64,000 nt of DNA, taken from Promethearchaeota archaeon (lineage in GTDB: Archaea > Asgardarchaeota > Lokiarchaeia > Sigyniarchaeales > SOKP01). Location: NCBI GenBank assembly GCA_019058445.1, contig JAHPZA010000006.1, forward strand, positions 608,001 to 672,000, given 5' to 3'. The notes below the pieces were generated by a model. It was not told the origin of the DNA. It saw nothing but the letters and a program-made list of their open reading frames with translations, and did no database searches. This document shows positions 48,722 through 59,264 of the stretch, one piece after another. Every line of letters starts with the position of its first letter. The first letter of the stretch is position 1. A program made the position numbers and the translations under genes.

Positions 48722-48877
48722 ATGTTAGGAATGTCATTCATAATTTTAGGTAACTTTTTATTATTTTGTATGGTGGTCGCATTGTTTATCCACCCGGCTC
48801 TTGCTCTTGTTTTTTTGATACTTGGAGTTATTTGTCTTATTCTTGGAACCTGTCTCATTTCAAAAGGTTATATTTAA
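48722..48877 (+). CDS. 51-aa 2-TM membrane protein (not in ORF track)
   Basis: MLGMSFIILGNFLLFCMVVALFIHPALALVFLILGVICLILGTCLISKGYI. Confidence 0.5.
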   Translation: MLGMSFIILGNFLLFCMVVALFIHPALALVFLILGVICLILGTCLISKGYI

Positions 48878-48901
48878 TAGGGGCGTGTTTTAATTTTTTC
48901 T

Positions 48902-49120
48902 TTTTAAATTGAAATACATTATAAGTTAATATTAAAATAAGTTATAGGACATAATTAGAGAAGAGTTTAGTTTAAATAGTCTGCTCACTATTCCCTAGTA
49001 ATTGAAATGAAGATTTCTACATTGTTTGGGATTTTTGTCTTTTGGCAAGGATAGAAATGCTATTCTTTTTCAACTAATTTAAAATGGGATGATGTGAAAA
49101 TCTTTATTTCCTCTTTTTTT
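48902..49120. repeat. About 220-bp imperfect repeat, copy 2
   Basis: Aligns by eye with 48301..48520. Confidence 0.8.
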
Positions 49121-49463
49121 AGAAAGAATTATCAGTTATAATTTCAAAAATCAGTCTTATAAATTATCGATTATAACCTTGCAGAGGAAATTCCTTAATT
49201 CCCTCAAAAAGTAAAAATATTTAAATAGAAATTCAAATATTTTGTATTTATTGAGATTAAAATCCTCACCAAAACATATTGTTTTTCGAACAAAATCCCC
49301 TACTTGGTCCCCTAACCCTTGGAAATAATTGTGTGCGAGGATTTTTTTCTCATCTTTTTTCATCCAATTAAATTATTGATCATAACTATTTTGTTCAGGA
49401 GATAAAGCTTTCTATATTTTGTCGGCAATTTATTATTATCCAAATTACCAAAATTCAATACTT

Positions 49464-49735
49464 ATGAGTTAGAAAATCTGTAGTTTCTGTGGTAAGGAAA
49501 TTCAAGAAGATTTAAAGATATGTCCCTATTGTGGAAAAACTTAGAAGAACAAGAGATTCTAGTTCCTATGAAAGGACCTCCCAGAAGTGGATATAAAACA
49601 CTAAATAGAAAAGAAAAAATTTAGATGTTTCCTCTGATCGCTGGAATAATGACAATTATGGTACTTTTTTGTCCTGCAGTATATGCTACTGAAGAAACAC
49701 CCAGCATCAATTTTTTAGCTATAGCCATCATTTGA
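49464..49735 (+). pseudogene. Decayed zinc-ribbon membrane protein gene
   Basis: MS*KICSFCGKEIQEDLKICPYCGK, frameshift, further TAG, then a hydrophobic segment. Confidence 0.6.
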
Positions 49736-49819
49736 TATCTTTCAAAAAAAAGCAGGAAAAAATATAATATCATTGACGGACTATTTTTACAAGAGTTTAT
49801 TAAAAAAAGGTTTTTTAAA

Positions 49820-50926
49820 ATGTCGGAAAAATTATGGCAAAAAGTGGCGAAAATACTAGTTAAAGCTGGTGGAAATCCTCTTTTTCAAGCCAATGACACT
49901 ATGATTACGCTTTTCAAGACTTTATTAAATGAAGAACAAGCAGAGTTCCTCTTGAATTTCAGAAATCCTAAAATGACATTTGCTAGATTAAAAGAAAAAA
50001 CCGGGATGGAAGATAGAGGATTAAGCACAATGCTCAATTCTTTAATGGATGAGGGAATCATCTTTGATATGCCTAAAAAAGATCCTAATAATTCAGAATA
50101 TCATCTATTGGCGCCCATTCCTGATATTTTCGAATATTCTTTGGTTAAAAAAAATACGACAGAAAAAAGGAAGAAACTTGCGAAAATATACGATAAAATC
50201 CTTGAGGAGGCAGGTGAATTAACCCACAAAAACTATGAGACTTTGTTATCCATATTTAAAGATAAAATGCCCGCTTTTACAAGGATTCTACCAATTGATA
50301 AGGAGCTTATTATTCCAAAAGAAGAAACCTTACCATTCTTCGAAGCCTCGAAAGTTATTGATAGGTATGATACTATCTCATTATCCCAATGTCCTTGTAA
50401 GCTAGATAAGGAGCTTTTAGGTGATCCTTGCAAAGCGACAACAGATCATTTTAGATGCTTACATTTTGGGCACATCGGGCGTTATTTTATTGAACATGGA
50501 TTTGGTAAACCAATCTCTAGAGAAGAAGCGAAAAAGGTGTTATTGGAAGCAGAAAAAGATGGTCTTGTTCATAAAGCTTTTCATTACGATTTTGATCTTG
50601 ATAAAGAAGAAAATGCGATATGTAATTGCTGCAAATGTTGTTGTATTATTTTTCAAAGTTATTATCGAGGTATATGGCCGTACCATACTAAAAGTTCATA
50701 CATCGCAGAACTAGATGAAAATAAGTGCAAAGGTTGTGGAGCGTGCGTCGAAAAATGCCCTATAGAAGCAATAACCTTGATAGATGGAAAATCTCGTACT
50801 GATAATAACAAATGTTTAGGTTGTGGAGTGTGCGTGAATCAATGTCCGGAAAACGCTAGAGTATTAAGAAAGACAGACCTTAGAAGCGTATTTATCCCGA
50901 TACCCAAAGTTGATAGTTCTAATTAA
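49820..50926 (+). CDS. Fe-S protein with C-terminal 2x[4Fe-4S] ferredoxin domain
   Basis: CPC..C..C, GLVH, ICNCCKCCC, CKGCGACVEKCP, CLGCGVCVNQCP. Confidence 0.88.
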   Translation: MSEKLWQKVAKILVKAGGNPLFQANDTMITLFKTLLNEEQAEFLLNFRNPKMTFARLKEKTGMEDRGLSTMLNSLMDEGIIFDMPKKDPNNSEYHLLAPIPDIFEYSLVKKNTTEKRKKLAKIYDKILEEAGELTHKNYETLLSIFKDKMPAFTRILPIDKELIIPKEETLPFFEASKVIDRYDTISLSQCPCKLDKELLGDPCKATTDHFRCLHFGHIGRYFIEHGFGKPISREEAKKVLLEAEKDGLVHKAFHYDFDLDKEENAICNCCKCCCIIFQSYYRGIWPYHTKSSYIAELDENKCKGCGACVEKCPIEAITLIDGKSRTDNNKCLGCGVCVNQCPENARVLRKTDLRSVFIPIPKVDSSN

Positions 50927-51045
50927 TATTATGAGTTTACCCAATACAAGCTTGAAAAGATTTGAGAAAAAAAAAGAAAAAAATAAAGTACGAGATTCAA
51001 ACTATATCACGCTTCATAATTATCAAATTTTAGACCACGAAAAAA

Positions 51046-51558
51046 TTACTTGAATGAGATTTCAAATATGCAGGTTTTGTCTGCATTGGGTCTGTTTTTA
51101 ATGTTTTGTACTTTGATATTAGGATTTATTTTTTTAAAATAATTCTCATGAATTTTAGTGCAGCCATGGATACATGATACTTCTGCGGGATTCCCCTCTA
51201 TGCATATATATTCCTCTAAATTCATTTGTAACATAGAATTCCAATTCGGGCAAGTTTTATACTCCCATTTCAATGAATCAGGAGTTTCTTCTAAATTTCT
51301 AATAACATAGCCATTTACTTTGCAAACTTGCGTAAGTACATGTTTTGCTTGTTCAATATCATTTCCTTCAGGTTCAATGAGCTGATATAAAAGATCAACA
51401 GCAGGAGGGAGTAAATCATCCCACATTTCCAATTCTAAATTAATGATTTCTTTAGGTCCCAACCTTTTGTAAGCATACCAAGACCACCCATTAGAAATAT
51501 TATAAAGCATTTGAAGTCTTACCATATCAGCCATTTTTTTTGTTAGTTCTCTTACCAT
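51046..51558 (-). CDS. Hypothetical protein, V4R / ATC-hydrolase-like ligand-binding fold
   Basis: TCP..C..GC..INPNI..CIFEI Cys pattern. Confidence 0.55.
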   Translation of the reverse strand: MVRELTKKMADMVRLQMLYNISNGWSWYAYKRLGPKEIINLELEMWDDLLPPAVDLLYQLIEPEGNDIEQAKHVLTQVCKVNGYVIRNLEETPDSLKWEYKTCPNWNSMLQMNLEEYICIEGNPAEVSCIHGCTKIHENYFKKINPNIKVQNIKNRPNADKTCIFEISFK

Positions 51559-51753
51559 ACATTTTCACTCTCTATATTTTTTTGATACTATTTTCGCCAA
51601 ATAACTTAATTTCTATATAGATGATTAAGTTTATTTTTCATTTCTATTTAATTTCATTTAATTCATCTTAATATACAAATTTAAATTAGTAGTGACAACA
51701 TAAAAGTAATCATTTATATGCTAAAAATGAATTAAATCAAAATTTTAAAAATT

Positions 51754-53145
51754 ATGACAGAAAATACAGAAGAAACGAGTGAAATTAATCATTCCACTTT
51801 AGCAATGTTATCGTTCAATTGTTCTTTTTTTGGAACGCAGTTAATTAGTCTCATATATAATTCCCGTTTAATTTTTTTCTATGAAATTGAGGTTGGATTA
51901 TCTATTTGGCTAATAATGCTTGGTTATGCAATTTATACAGCGTGGGATGCATTCAATGATCCCTTCATGGGGCACCTTTCGGATCGACCAAACAGGTTAT
52001 GGAAAAAATACGGAAAACGCTTCCCATGGATTTTTGGTTCTTCAATTCTCCTATGTATGGCATTTTTCTTGATATTCATTCCACCAGATCCTAAAGTGAA
52101 TGAATGGGCAACATTTACATGGTTTTTATGCGTGCTTTTCTTGTTTGATGGTTTACTCTCCATATTGATGATAAATCGAAGTGCTCTATTACCAGATAAA
52201 TTCCGAACTGATAAAGAACGTAAAAAATTAGCCGGATTTTTTGTCCCCTTCTTTACTATTGGACTCATAATAGGAATGATGCTTCCTCCCTTGTTCATAA
52301 CTTACGGAGATAGAACTTCATACGTTTTTATGGCAATCATCGCGAGCATTATAACTGTCATTTTCCTTATATTATCTTTTCCAGGCATGAAGGAGGATGA
52401 CATAATGATAAAGCGTGCTTTTACTGCTGCTCAAGAGGAAAAAACCCCCTTTTTTGGAACGCTAAAAAAGGCATGGACGCAAAAAAATTTCAGGATATTT
52501 GTCTTAAATAGAATACCCATAATGGCTGCTAGCATTCTTTTTGTTGTGAGCACTCCCTATTATGTACGTTATGTTTTGAAAGGAAAAGCCATCATGGAAA
52601 TTTATCTTTACGCCGCTTACTTAATTCCTGGCGTGCTTTTGGTACCTTTATGGATGAAAGTAGGAAAAAAGATGGGATATGTGAAACTTTACCCAATATT
52701 ATGCTTTTTAATTGGAATTGCATTCTTATTTTCAATATTTATATTTGAGATTGTATCCGCAGTGATTTGTGTCTTATTTTTGGGTGCGTTTTATGGAGGA
52801 TTAAATACCATATCGTCCCCAATTGATGCAGAAATGTTTGATGAGGCTGCGGTATTACATGGAGAACGCAAAGAGGGCACGTATTATGGACTACAATCAG
52901 TAATTGGAAAGGTAGGACAAGTACTCTACATAGTTATCTTAGCAATAATCCATACTTTAACAGATTTTGATCCAGAACGAGGCACGAACCAAACAGATTT
53001 AGCAATTTGGGGGATTCGGCTTCAATTTGGATTACCTACGGCAATCTTCATGTTTATTGCCGGATTTGTTTTTTGGAAGTGGTGGGATTTAAAACCTGAA
53101 AAAGTAGCTCAAATCCATGAAAAGTTAAAGCAGATGAATCTTTAA
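51754..53145 (+). CDS. MFS transporter, GPH (MelB-like) family
   Basis: WDAFNDPFMGHLSDR..GKRFPW, GERKEGTYYG; about 12 TM. Confidence 0.9.
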   Translation: MTENTEETSEINHSTLAMLSFNCSFFGTQLISLIYNSRLIFFYEIEVGLSIWLIMLGYAIYTAWDAFNDPFMGHLSDRPNRLWKKYGKRFPWIFGSSILLCMAFFLIFIPPDPKVNEWATFTWFLCVLFLFDGLLSILMINRSALLPDKFRTDKERKKLAGFFVPFFTIGLIIGMMLPPLFITYGDRTSYVFMAIIASIITVIFLILSFPGMKEDDIMIKRAFTAAQEEKTPFFGTLKKAWTQKNFRIFVLNRIPIMAASILFVVSTPYYVRYVLKGKAIMEIYLYAAYLIPGVLLVPLWMKVGKKMGYVKLYPILCFLIGIAFLFSIFIFEIVSAVICVLFLGAFYGGLNTISSPIDAEMFDEAAVLHGERKEGTYYGLQSVIGKVGQVLYIVILAIIHTLTDFDPERGTNQTDLAIWGIRLQFGLPTAIFMFIAGFVFWKWWDLKPEKVAQIHEKLKQMNL

Positions 53146-53177
53146 AGTTTTTATTTTTTTTTATTTTATATTTTTTA

Positions 53178-54479
53178 GTGAATATAAAAATGGTTGATTT
53201 AGAAGCTATTTATAAGGAAGTGGACGAACTATCCCGTGAAAAAGTAATGGAGATAATGAGCTCTCTAATCAATATTGACACAACCCATCCCCCTGGAAAG
53301 ACTTATAGGGAATACGTGTCGGCTATTTCTCCTTACTTTAAAGAATTAGGGTATGAATTAGAAGAAGTAGTCATACCAGAAGAGCGTTACAAAAAATTAG
53401 CTCCCCATTTGAAAGGACCTCGAATTAATCTTGTCGGAATTAAAAATTACGGACAAGATAAAGACGTGAGCTTTTATGGACATATGGATGTAGTGCCCGC
53501 AACAAATGAAGGCCAATTAAAATGGCGTTTTCCTCCCTTTCAAGCAACTATGATAAAAAGTGGAAAAATATATGGAAGGGGTACCGCGGACATGAAAGGT
53601 TCAATGGTAGGTTTAATTTTAGCGTTGCAAATTATTGAGAAATTGAGCCTTATACCCAAATATAACATTAGAGTTTTAAATTGTACTGATGAAGAGGGAG
53701 GTCCTTATGCGGGAGTTGCGTATCTAGCCGAAAAAGGCTATGTGAAAGGTACTGTATTTTGCATGGATGGGGCCAGTACTCCTACAATCATGGTTGGTTC
53801 ATATGGATCGATGAATATAATTGTTGAAACATTTGGAAGAAGCTGTCATTCTGCTGTTAATTTTATGGGGGTAAATGCTTTAGAACAAACAGTACCCATT
53901 TTAACAGAACTGATGAAACTTAAAGAAATAGTCGAAAAACGTGAAAGTAATTCTATTCCAGGACTCCCTAGACCTGGATCGAATAGAAAGTGGAACTTCT
54001 CTCCAATGTTTAATCTTAACATCCTGAATGTTGGTACAAAGGCTAATATCGTACCCGATCACTTAACATTGCTGATAAACCGGCGAATTATACCCGAAGA
54101 AAAACACGATGACGTGAAGAAAGAAATTGAAGAAGCAATTGAAAGAGGAAAATCCAAAAGTAAATTAGTAAATGTGAAAACCACTTTCCACATTGGTTAC
54201 CCTCCAATGAAAGTCGATATTAATAGCCCAGGTAACATTAGATTGAAAAAAGTAATGTCTTTGGTTAAAAATATCCCAGAAGAAAAAATAACTCACTTAG
54301 GTATGCCGGGCAGCACGGATATGGGGCTTGTCAATAAAATACTAAATACGGAGGACATTGTCGTATATGGCGCAGGATATGGCGGATCTAATGGACATGG
54401 AGTGAACGAGAACATTCGATTAAAAGATTTGAAAACTTTTATCAAGGAAATAATTCTATTTTTATGTCACGATATTTAG
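53178..54479 (+). CDS. M20 family metallopeptidase/deacylase (ArgE/DapE)
   Basis: GHMDVVP, YGRGTADMKG, DEEGG, HGVNE. Confidence 0.92.
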   Translation: MNIKMVDLEAIYKEVDELSREKVMEIMSSLINIDTTHPPGKTYREYVSAISPYFKELGYELEEVVIPEERYKKLAPHLKGPRINLVGIKNYGQDKDVSFYGHMDVVPATNEGQLKWRFPPFQATMIKSGKIYGRGTADMKGSMVGLILALQIIEKLSLIPKYNIRVLNCTDEEGGPYAGVAYLAEKGYVKGTVFCMDGASTPTIMVGSYGSMNIIVETFGRSCHSAVNFMGVNALEQTVPILTELMKLKEIVEKRESNSIPGLPRPGSNRKWNFSPMFNLNILNVGTKANIVPDHLTLLINRRIIPEEKHDDVKKEIEEAIERGKSKSKLVNVKTTFHIGYPPMKVDINSPGNIRLKKVMSLVKNIPEEKITHLGMPGSTDMGLVNKILNTEDIVVYGAGYGGSNGHGVNENIRLKDLKTFIKEIILFLCHDI

Positions 54480-54753
54480 AGCTTTAAATTTTTTTTATTA
54501 TTTTAAATATATGCTCTACTTGAAATTATCATTCAAATTTTGTGAAATGTGGAAATAAAAATAAATATCAAATAAGCCAAATATTGTAATAAAATTATTA
54601 ATACAAACCTTTTAGACTATCAAAATTCCAAATAAAACTATGCAAGTGATTAAAAGATAATATAGAAATAAACCGTTGAAATAGTGTTGATATTTCTTAA
54701 AAAAAAGAGATATTAATTAGAATTTCTATTAAACTGTAGGTAAAACTAGATTT

Positions 54754-55368
54754 CTAATAATCCCCAACGTATTCAATAACAAGTTGATGACATTCCTCTC
54801 CAGGATCCATATCAATAGAATCATCCCATCCGTTAAAGCAATTTAATTCAAAATAATCATCACTATCGCTAGAAATATAAAATTCAGCATTAATTGTATG
54901 AATCGAATATGTTGGATGAATAAATTCTAATTCTTCATCGATCACTCCATTTTTATAAAGATTAAGATAGTAAGAATGAGCTGGATTACAACCCGTCAAA
55001 ACTAACCTTAAGGTTATTCGATATAATCCATTTTTAACTAGGTAGTATCGAGTATTATTATGATTCAAGATAATATATCCGCTATTGTTAAATAGATTAT
55101 TTGCTGCTGAAATTAGCCAATTCCAATTATCTGAAAAAGGAGAATAACTTTTGTTCCTTTGAAGATGCTCCCATAGTCCAACGACGAGCCCTACTGTTCC
55201 CGGAGGTCCTGTTGTTCCATCATCTCCATCATCTCCCTCTTCTCCCTTTAGAGCTCCCGTCTGAACTAGCATAGCAGAGTAGGCTCCAAAAGCTAATCCA
55301 CTTGCTCCGATTATTACTCCTAGAAGAGCTAACACTATTAGATTATTTTCTCTCATTTTTGATTTCAT
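54754..55368 (-). CDS. Membrane-anchored protein with short collagen-like repeat and C1q/TNF-like head
   Basis: N-terminal TM; GEE GDD GDD GTT GPP GTV; beta-rich GLYRITL..LYKNG..DYFEL. Confidence 0.6.
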   Translation of the reverse strand: MKSKMRENNLIVLALLGVIIGASGLAFGAYSAMLVQTGALKGEEGDDGDDGTTGPPGTVGLVVGLWEHLQRNKSYSPFSDNWNWLISAANNLFNNSGYIILNHNNTRYYLVKNGLYRITLRLVLTGCNPAHSYYLNLYKNGVIDEELEFIHPTYSIHTINAEFYISSDSDDYFELNCFNGWDDSIDMDPGEECHQLVIEYVGDY

Positions 55369-55620
55369 ACCTCTAATTTAAAATTTTAATTTGTTGTTAA
55401 ATTGGATTTGTAAGTGAAGGGTAATTAAAATTTAGATATGTTTCTATTTATATCTATTTTTGACCTAAATGTCCAGAAAATATCATTAATTCTTAGAAAT
55501 CAAATAACATATGGATTAAAATCAGGTTTTTCTTAATTTCTTCCAAAAATTTGGGATCTTCTATATATAAAAGATTTAATTGTAAATATTTTAAAATTTG
55601 TTGAATCCTATTTCTGCTTT

Positions 55621-56943
55621 TTATGTTTTCAAATGGCGTTCAAATTCGTATTCAGCGGGATCTATTGTCATAAATACCCAAAAACTAAGAAGTTGTACTC
55701 CTACGCAAAAAATAGCAACAACGAAATATATTGAAGTAAAATCAGCACCATATAAAGCAAGTAAAATAAATATCAGCCCTCCAATAAAAGCCCCAATCAT
55801 CATCCCGAAATTAGTCGCAGAAATAGTAATTGCGTAATATGTAGCCCTCATTTCAGGATATCTATTTGACATATCTCCTCTAATTGTTTGATTTGCTACA
55901 GTTATAATGTAATTACTAAAAGCAAAAGTAATATAGCCTATAATGCCCCCAACCAAACCTATGAGGAATATACTGAAAAACAGCCAAGGAATGTAAACTA
56001 AATGTCCAATATATACCGCAAGTCTTCTATTTTTATCTGCAAGCTTCCCACCGATCAAAGTAGCGGACAGGATCCCTATAACTGCTAATACACTGAAAAA
56101 AAAGCTAATTAAATATAATTCAAGCCCCTCATCGGATAATAAATACGTTACAGTCGTTCCCTCAAGCTTGATTAATCCAAGAGTCATCCATACGAGGAGC
56201 CCATAAAAGGTACCAATAATAATACCATCAATCCTATCAATAATAGAGAATGTAAACACTTTCCAATTTTCTTTTTTACTAAAGATATTTTTTACCTTTT
56301 TCCATACGTATATTTTTTTACTTGATATCAGCTCTTCTTCAATAAAATATGGAGTAAAACAAACAATTATCATTAAAATACCTTCCATCATGAACAACCA
56401 AGGAATTGGTAATGATAATATAATAAAACTTATTCCAAACAGATAACCTCCTGCCATTTGACCTAACATATACATACCTATTGTCCAACCTTGCATGCGA
56501 CCAAGCTTTTCTTTAGGGGTAACATCGAGAATTAGTCCATCAATCGCAGTATCTGCTACTGCTAAACCTATATTTATTAGAACTCCGTAAAGCATGAGAA
56601 AGATATACAATAACGAAACATCTAAAGGTAAGTAAAATCCCATGATAATCCACCAAATACCACAAAAAGTTCCAAAAATACAAATAAAAGGAAATCTTCG
56701 TCCAAACTTTTCTGAAATCTGGTATTTATCATTGATCATTCCTATGAAAAACTTTAAACTCCATGGTAAAACAGTCAAAGCAGTTATCATGAATAAAAGA
56801 GCCTCATCTAATCGGCGAATATTGACAATGAGATAAAATGCAAGAGTAATCCCCCAAATTCCATGATGAAGTCCCTGAACTAAATAAAATGAAGAAAAGA
56901 TGAGGCTATTTTTAGTGTATGGTTTGATCTTATCATCATTCAT
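55621..56943 (-). CDS. MFS transporter (AmpG-like)
   Basis: YLVQG, LPWSLKF, GRRFP, DTAIDG; about 12 TM. Confidence 0.85.
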   Translation of the reverse strand: MNDDKIKPYTKNSLIFSSFYLVQGLHHGIWGITLAFYLIVNIRRLDEALLFMITALTVLPWSLKFFIGMINDKYQISEKFGRRFPFICIFGTFCGIWWIIMGFYLPLDVSLLYIFLMLYGVLINIGLAVADTAIDGLILDVTPKEKLGRMQGWTIGMYMLGQMAGGYLFGISFIILSLPIPWLFMMEGILMIIVCFTPYFIEEELISSKKIYVWKKVKNIFSKKENWKVFTFSIIDRIDGIIIGTFYGLLVWMTLGLIKLEGTTVTYLLSDEGLELYLISFFFSVLAVIGILSATLIGGKLADKNRRLAVYIGHLVYIPWLFFSIFLIGLVGGIIGYITFAFSNYIITVANQTIRGDMSNRYPEMRATYYAITISATNFGMMIGAFIGGLIFILLALYGADFTSIYFVVAIFCVGVQLLSFWVFMTIDPAEYEFERHLKT

Positions 56944-57286
56944 TTTAATGCACTCTCCATAGTTAATATTTGGTCTCTTATAGTATTTATAGAATTGTTT
57001 CTATCTGGTAAAGAAGAATATCAACCATGCTATAATATAAATAAGACAAAAAATTATGATTGCAATGAGGCAAATTCTGGTAAATGGATTAGATCGCTTA
57101 AACTTAAAATCTTTATCTTTTTCATTCAAACTTTAGCACTTCACTTTCTTTTAATTTATTTACTAGACGTTATCTACAAAGTATTTATTATAAATCCAAT
57201 TAGTAAATATTTAATGATTTTATTTTGTTATTATTCTAAATAAATCTGATAATAACTAAAATATATTATTTACCAGGAAAATTAAG

Positions 57287-57907
57287 TTGAAAGTGGTATG
57301 TACATCTGATACACATGGAATGCACAATTATTTGAAAATTCCCGATGGAGATCTTTTTATTTTTGGAGGAGATATATCTGAAACAGGTCGTATCGAAGAG
57401 CTAATCGAATTTAATCAATTTTTAGGTGAATTACCTCATAAATATAAAATCATTACTGACGGAAATCATGACTTATCTCCTGAGAAAGTTTCAAAATTGA
57501 TTACAAATGCGTATTATTTGCAACATGAATTACTCGAAATTGAAAATCTTAGAATTTGGGGAACTTCATGGCAATTTTGGTTGTCTGATCAAATACAACG
57601 AAAAAAAACTCAAGCTAATCCCCTAGAATTTTGGAAAGAAGTTCCAGCTGGAATTGATATTTTAATAACTCATTTTCCTCCTTATGGGATTGGTGATTTA
57701 ACAAGAAGTGGAAGCCACTTGGGATCGAAGGATTTGCTTTCTGCTCTCCGAAGAATAAAACCTAAATATCATATTTTTGGCCATGTTCATGAAGGTTATG
57801 GAATTTTTAAAGAAAGCTTTAATAACTTTGAAATCACACTAATAAATGCTTCCGCCATCATCGGATTCGGCTCCAAAATGAATCCTCCGATTGTATTTAC
57901 GCTCTAA
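57287..57907 (+). CDS. Metallophosphoesterase (MPPED-like)
   Basis: SDTH, GGD, GNHD, THFPP, FGHVHE. Confidence 0.9.
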   Translation: MKVVCTSDTHGMHNYLKIPDGDLFIFGGDISETGRIEELIEFNQFLGELPHKYKIITDGNHDLSPEKVSKLITNAYYLQHELLEIENLRIWGTSWQFWLSDQIQRKKTQANPLEFWKEVPAGIDILITHFPPYGIGDLTRSGSHLGSKDLLSALRRIKPKYHIFGHVHEGYGIFKESFNNFEITLINASAIIGFGSKMNPPIVFTL

Positions 57908-57992
57908 TCTTTCTATAATATGTTTTCTATTAACATATTTTCTTAGGTAATCATAATAAAATTTAATTTCTTTAGTTCCTTATTTTTGAACT

Positions 57993-59228
57993 ATGTCTAA
58001 TTCCGAATTTTATAACTTTGTAATCTTAGGTGCGGGTCCGGCAGGGTTGACAGCTGGTATCGTGGCAGCAAGAAATGGATTTAGTGTTGCAATTCTGGAA
58101 AAGGGAGAGAGAGCAGGTCCTAAGCCCCGTGGTGAGGGAATGGCTCATGGAAAAATTGTAGATAATATTTTGGGAAAGGATTATCTGCCCTCAATTGGTT
58201 TAAGGTCAAATGGAGGACGAGTTTGGCATTCCCCAGGAGATATCCACACTACTACCACCTTCCGAGAGTATCCACACTATTTTTTTGAATGGCGGGAATT
58301 TATTGATCGATTTGTCGATGTTGCTCAAGAGTTAGGGGTAAAAATTCTTTTAAAAAGCGAAGCTACAGAACCAATTGAAAAAGATGGTATTTGTATAGGA
58401 GTTAAATATAAGGATGCGAGTGGAAGCATAAAAGAACTCCATGGCAATGCGATTTTAGATTGTAGCGGGTATTCAGCAGTGCTTGGGAGGCATTATGGTA
58501 TTCCTTATGAGGAGGAAATCATATGTCCTATTGTAAAGTGTTTAATCAGTGAGGCGAATTTTAATATAAAAGAAACCCCTGATCTTCAGTTCTATTTCAT
58601 AGGAAATGGAGATTTGAAATATTCACCGCGATTCCCTCAATGCGTTGCTTACTTTTTTCCTCTAGCAAATAAAAGAGCTGAAGTAGGATTAATGCTACGT
58701 ATGGCACAAGCTCGCAGTATGAAAACAGTTACAATTCCCAGCGATGATGAAATCATGAGAGTGTGGGACGAAATTAAAAAATCATATCCCGGATATAGTG
58801 TATTTTTCAAGGGAGCAAAAATTGACTATGAAGAATTAACTTGGCTTCCAAATGCTAAAATGGTTGAAAATTATGTTCCAATTCCAGGTGTAGTTCTTTT
58901 AGGTGATAGTGCCGCATTTGTCAATCCCTTTGGGTCTTCAGGACTTCTTTATTCAATGGAAATGGCAAATTTCTGGGTAAAAATGCTTTCGGAAGACTTG
59001 AAAAACATTTTAGTACACGAAGAAGAGCTTTCAGAACTTAATAAAATGTTATTTGAAAAAACGGACGAATATAAGCAAAATTTCGAAAACTTTGAAGTGT
59101 ATGAGCAGGTAAAAGGGTATTATAATTTAATAGGTGCATTTGAATATAAAATCTTTAATCGATTACGCACAGCCGAGAGAATTAATAAGAAATGGGACTA
59201 TATCGCATCGCTTCTGAAGAAAGCGTGA
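57993..59228 (+). CDS. FAD-dependent oxidoreductase, geranylgeranyl-reductase-like
   Basis: GAGPAG, LLGDSAAFVNPFGSSG. Confidence 0.85.
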   Translation: MSNSEFYNFVILGAGPAGLTAGIVAARNGFSVAILEKGERAGPKPRGEGMAHGKIVDNILGKDYLPSIGLRSNGGRVWHSPGDIHTTTTFREYPHYFFEWREFIDRFVDVAQELGVKILLKSEATEPIEKDGICIGVKYKDASGSIKELHGNAILDCSGYSAVLGRHYGIPYEEEIICPIVKCLISEANFNIKETPDLQFYFIGNGDLKYSPRFPQCVAYFFPLANKRAEVGLMLRMAQARSMKTVTIPSDDEIMRVWDEIKKSYPGYSVFFKGAKIDYEELTWLPNAKMVENYVPIPGVVLLGDSAAFVNPFGSSGLLYSMEMANFWVKMLSEDLKNILVHEEELSELNKMLFEKTDEYKQNFENFEVYEQVKGYYNLIGAFEYKIFNRLRTAERINKKWDYIASLLKKA

Positions 59229-59264
59229 ACATTTAAATATAATAAGAGAAGGGAGAACATAGTT

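Noticed and set aside
49464-49735. In-frame TAG codons as pyrrolysine
   Set aside because: Accompanied by a frameshift; ordinary decay is simpler
47223-49819. CRISPR array or IS element in the gene-poor stretch
   Set aside because: No regular short repeats, terminal inverted repeats or transposase motifs seen
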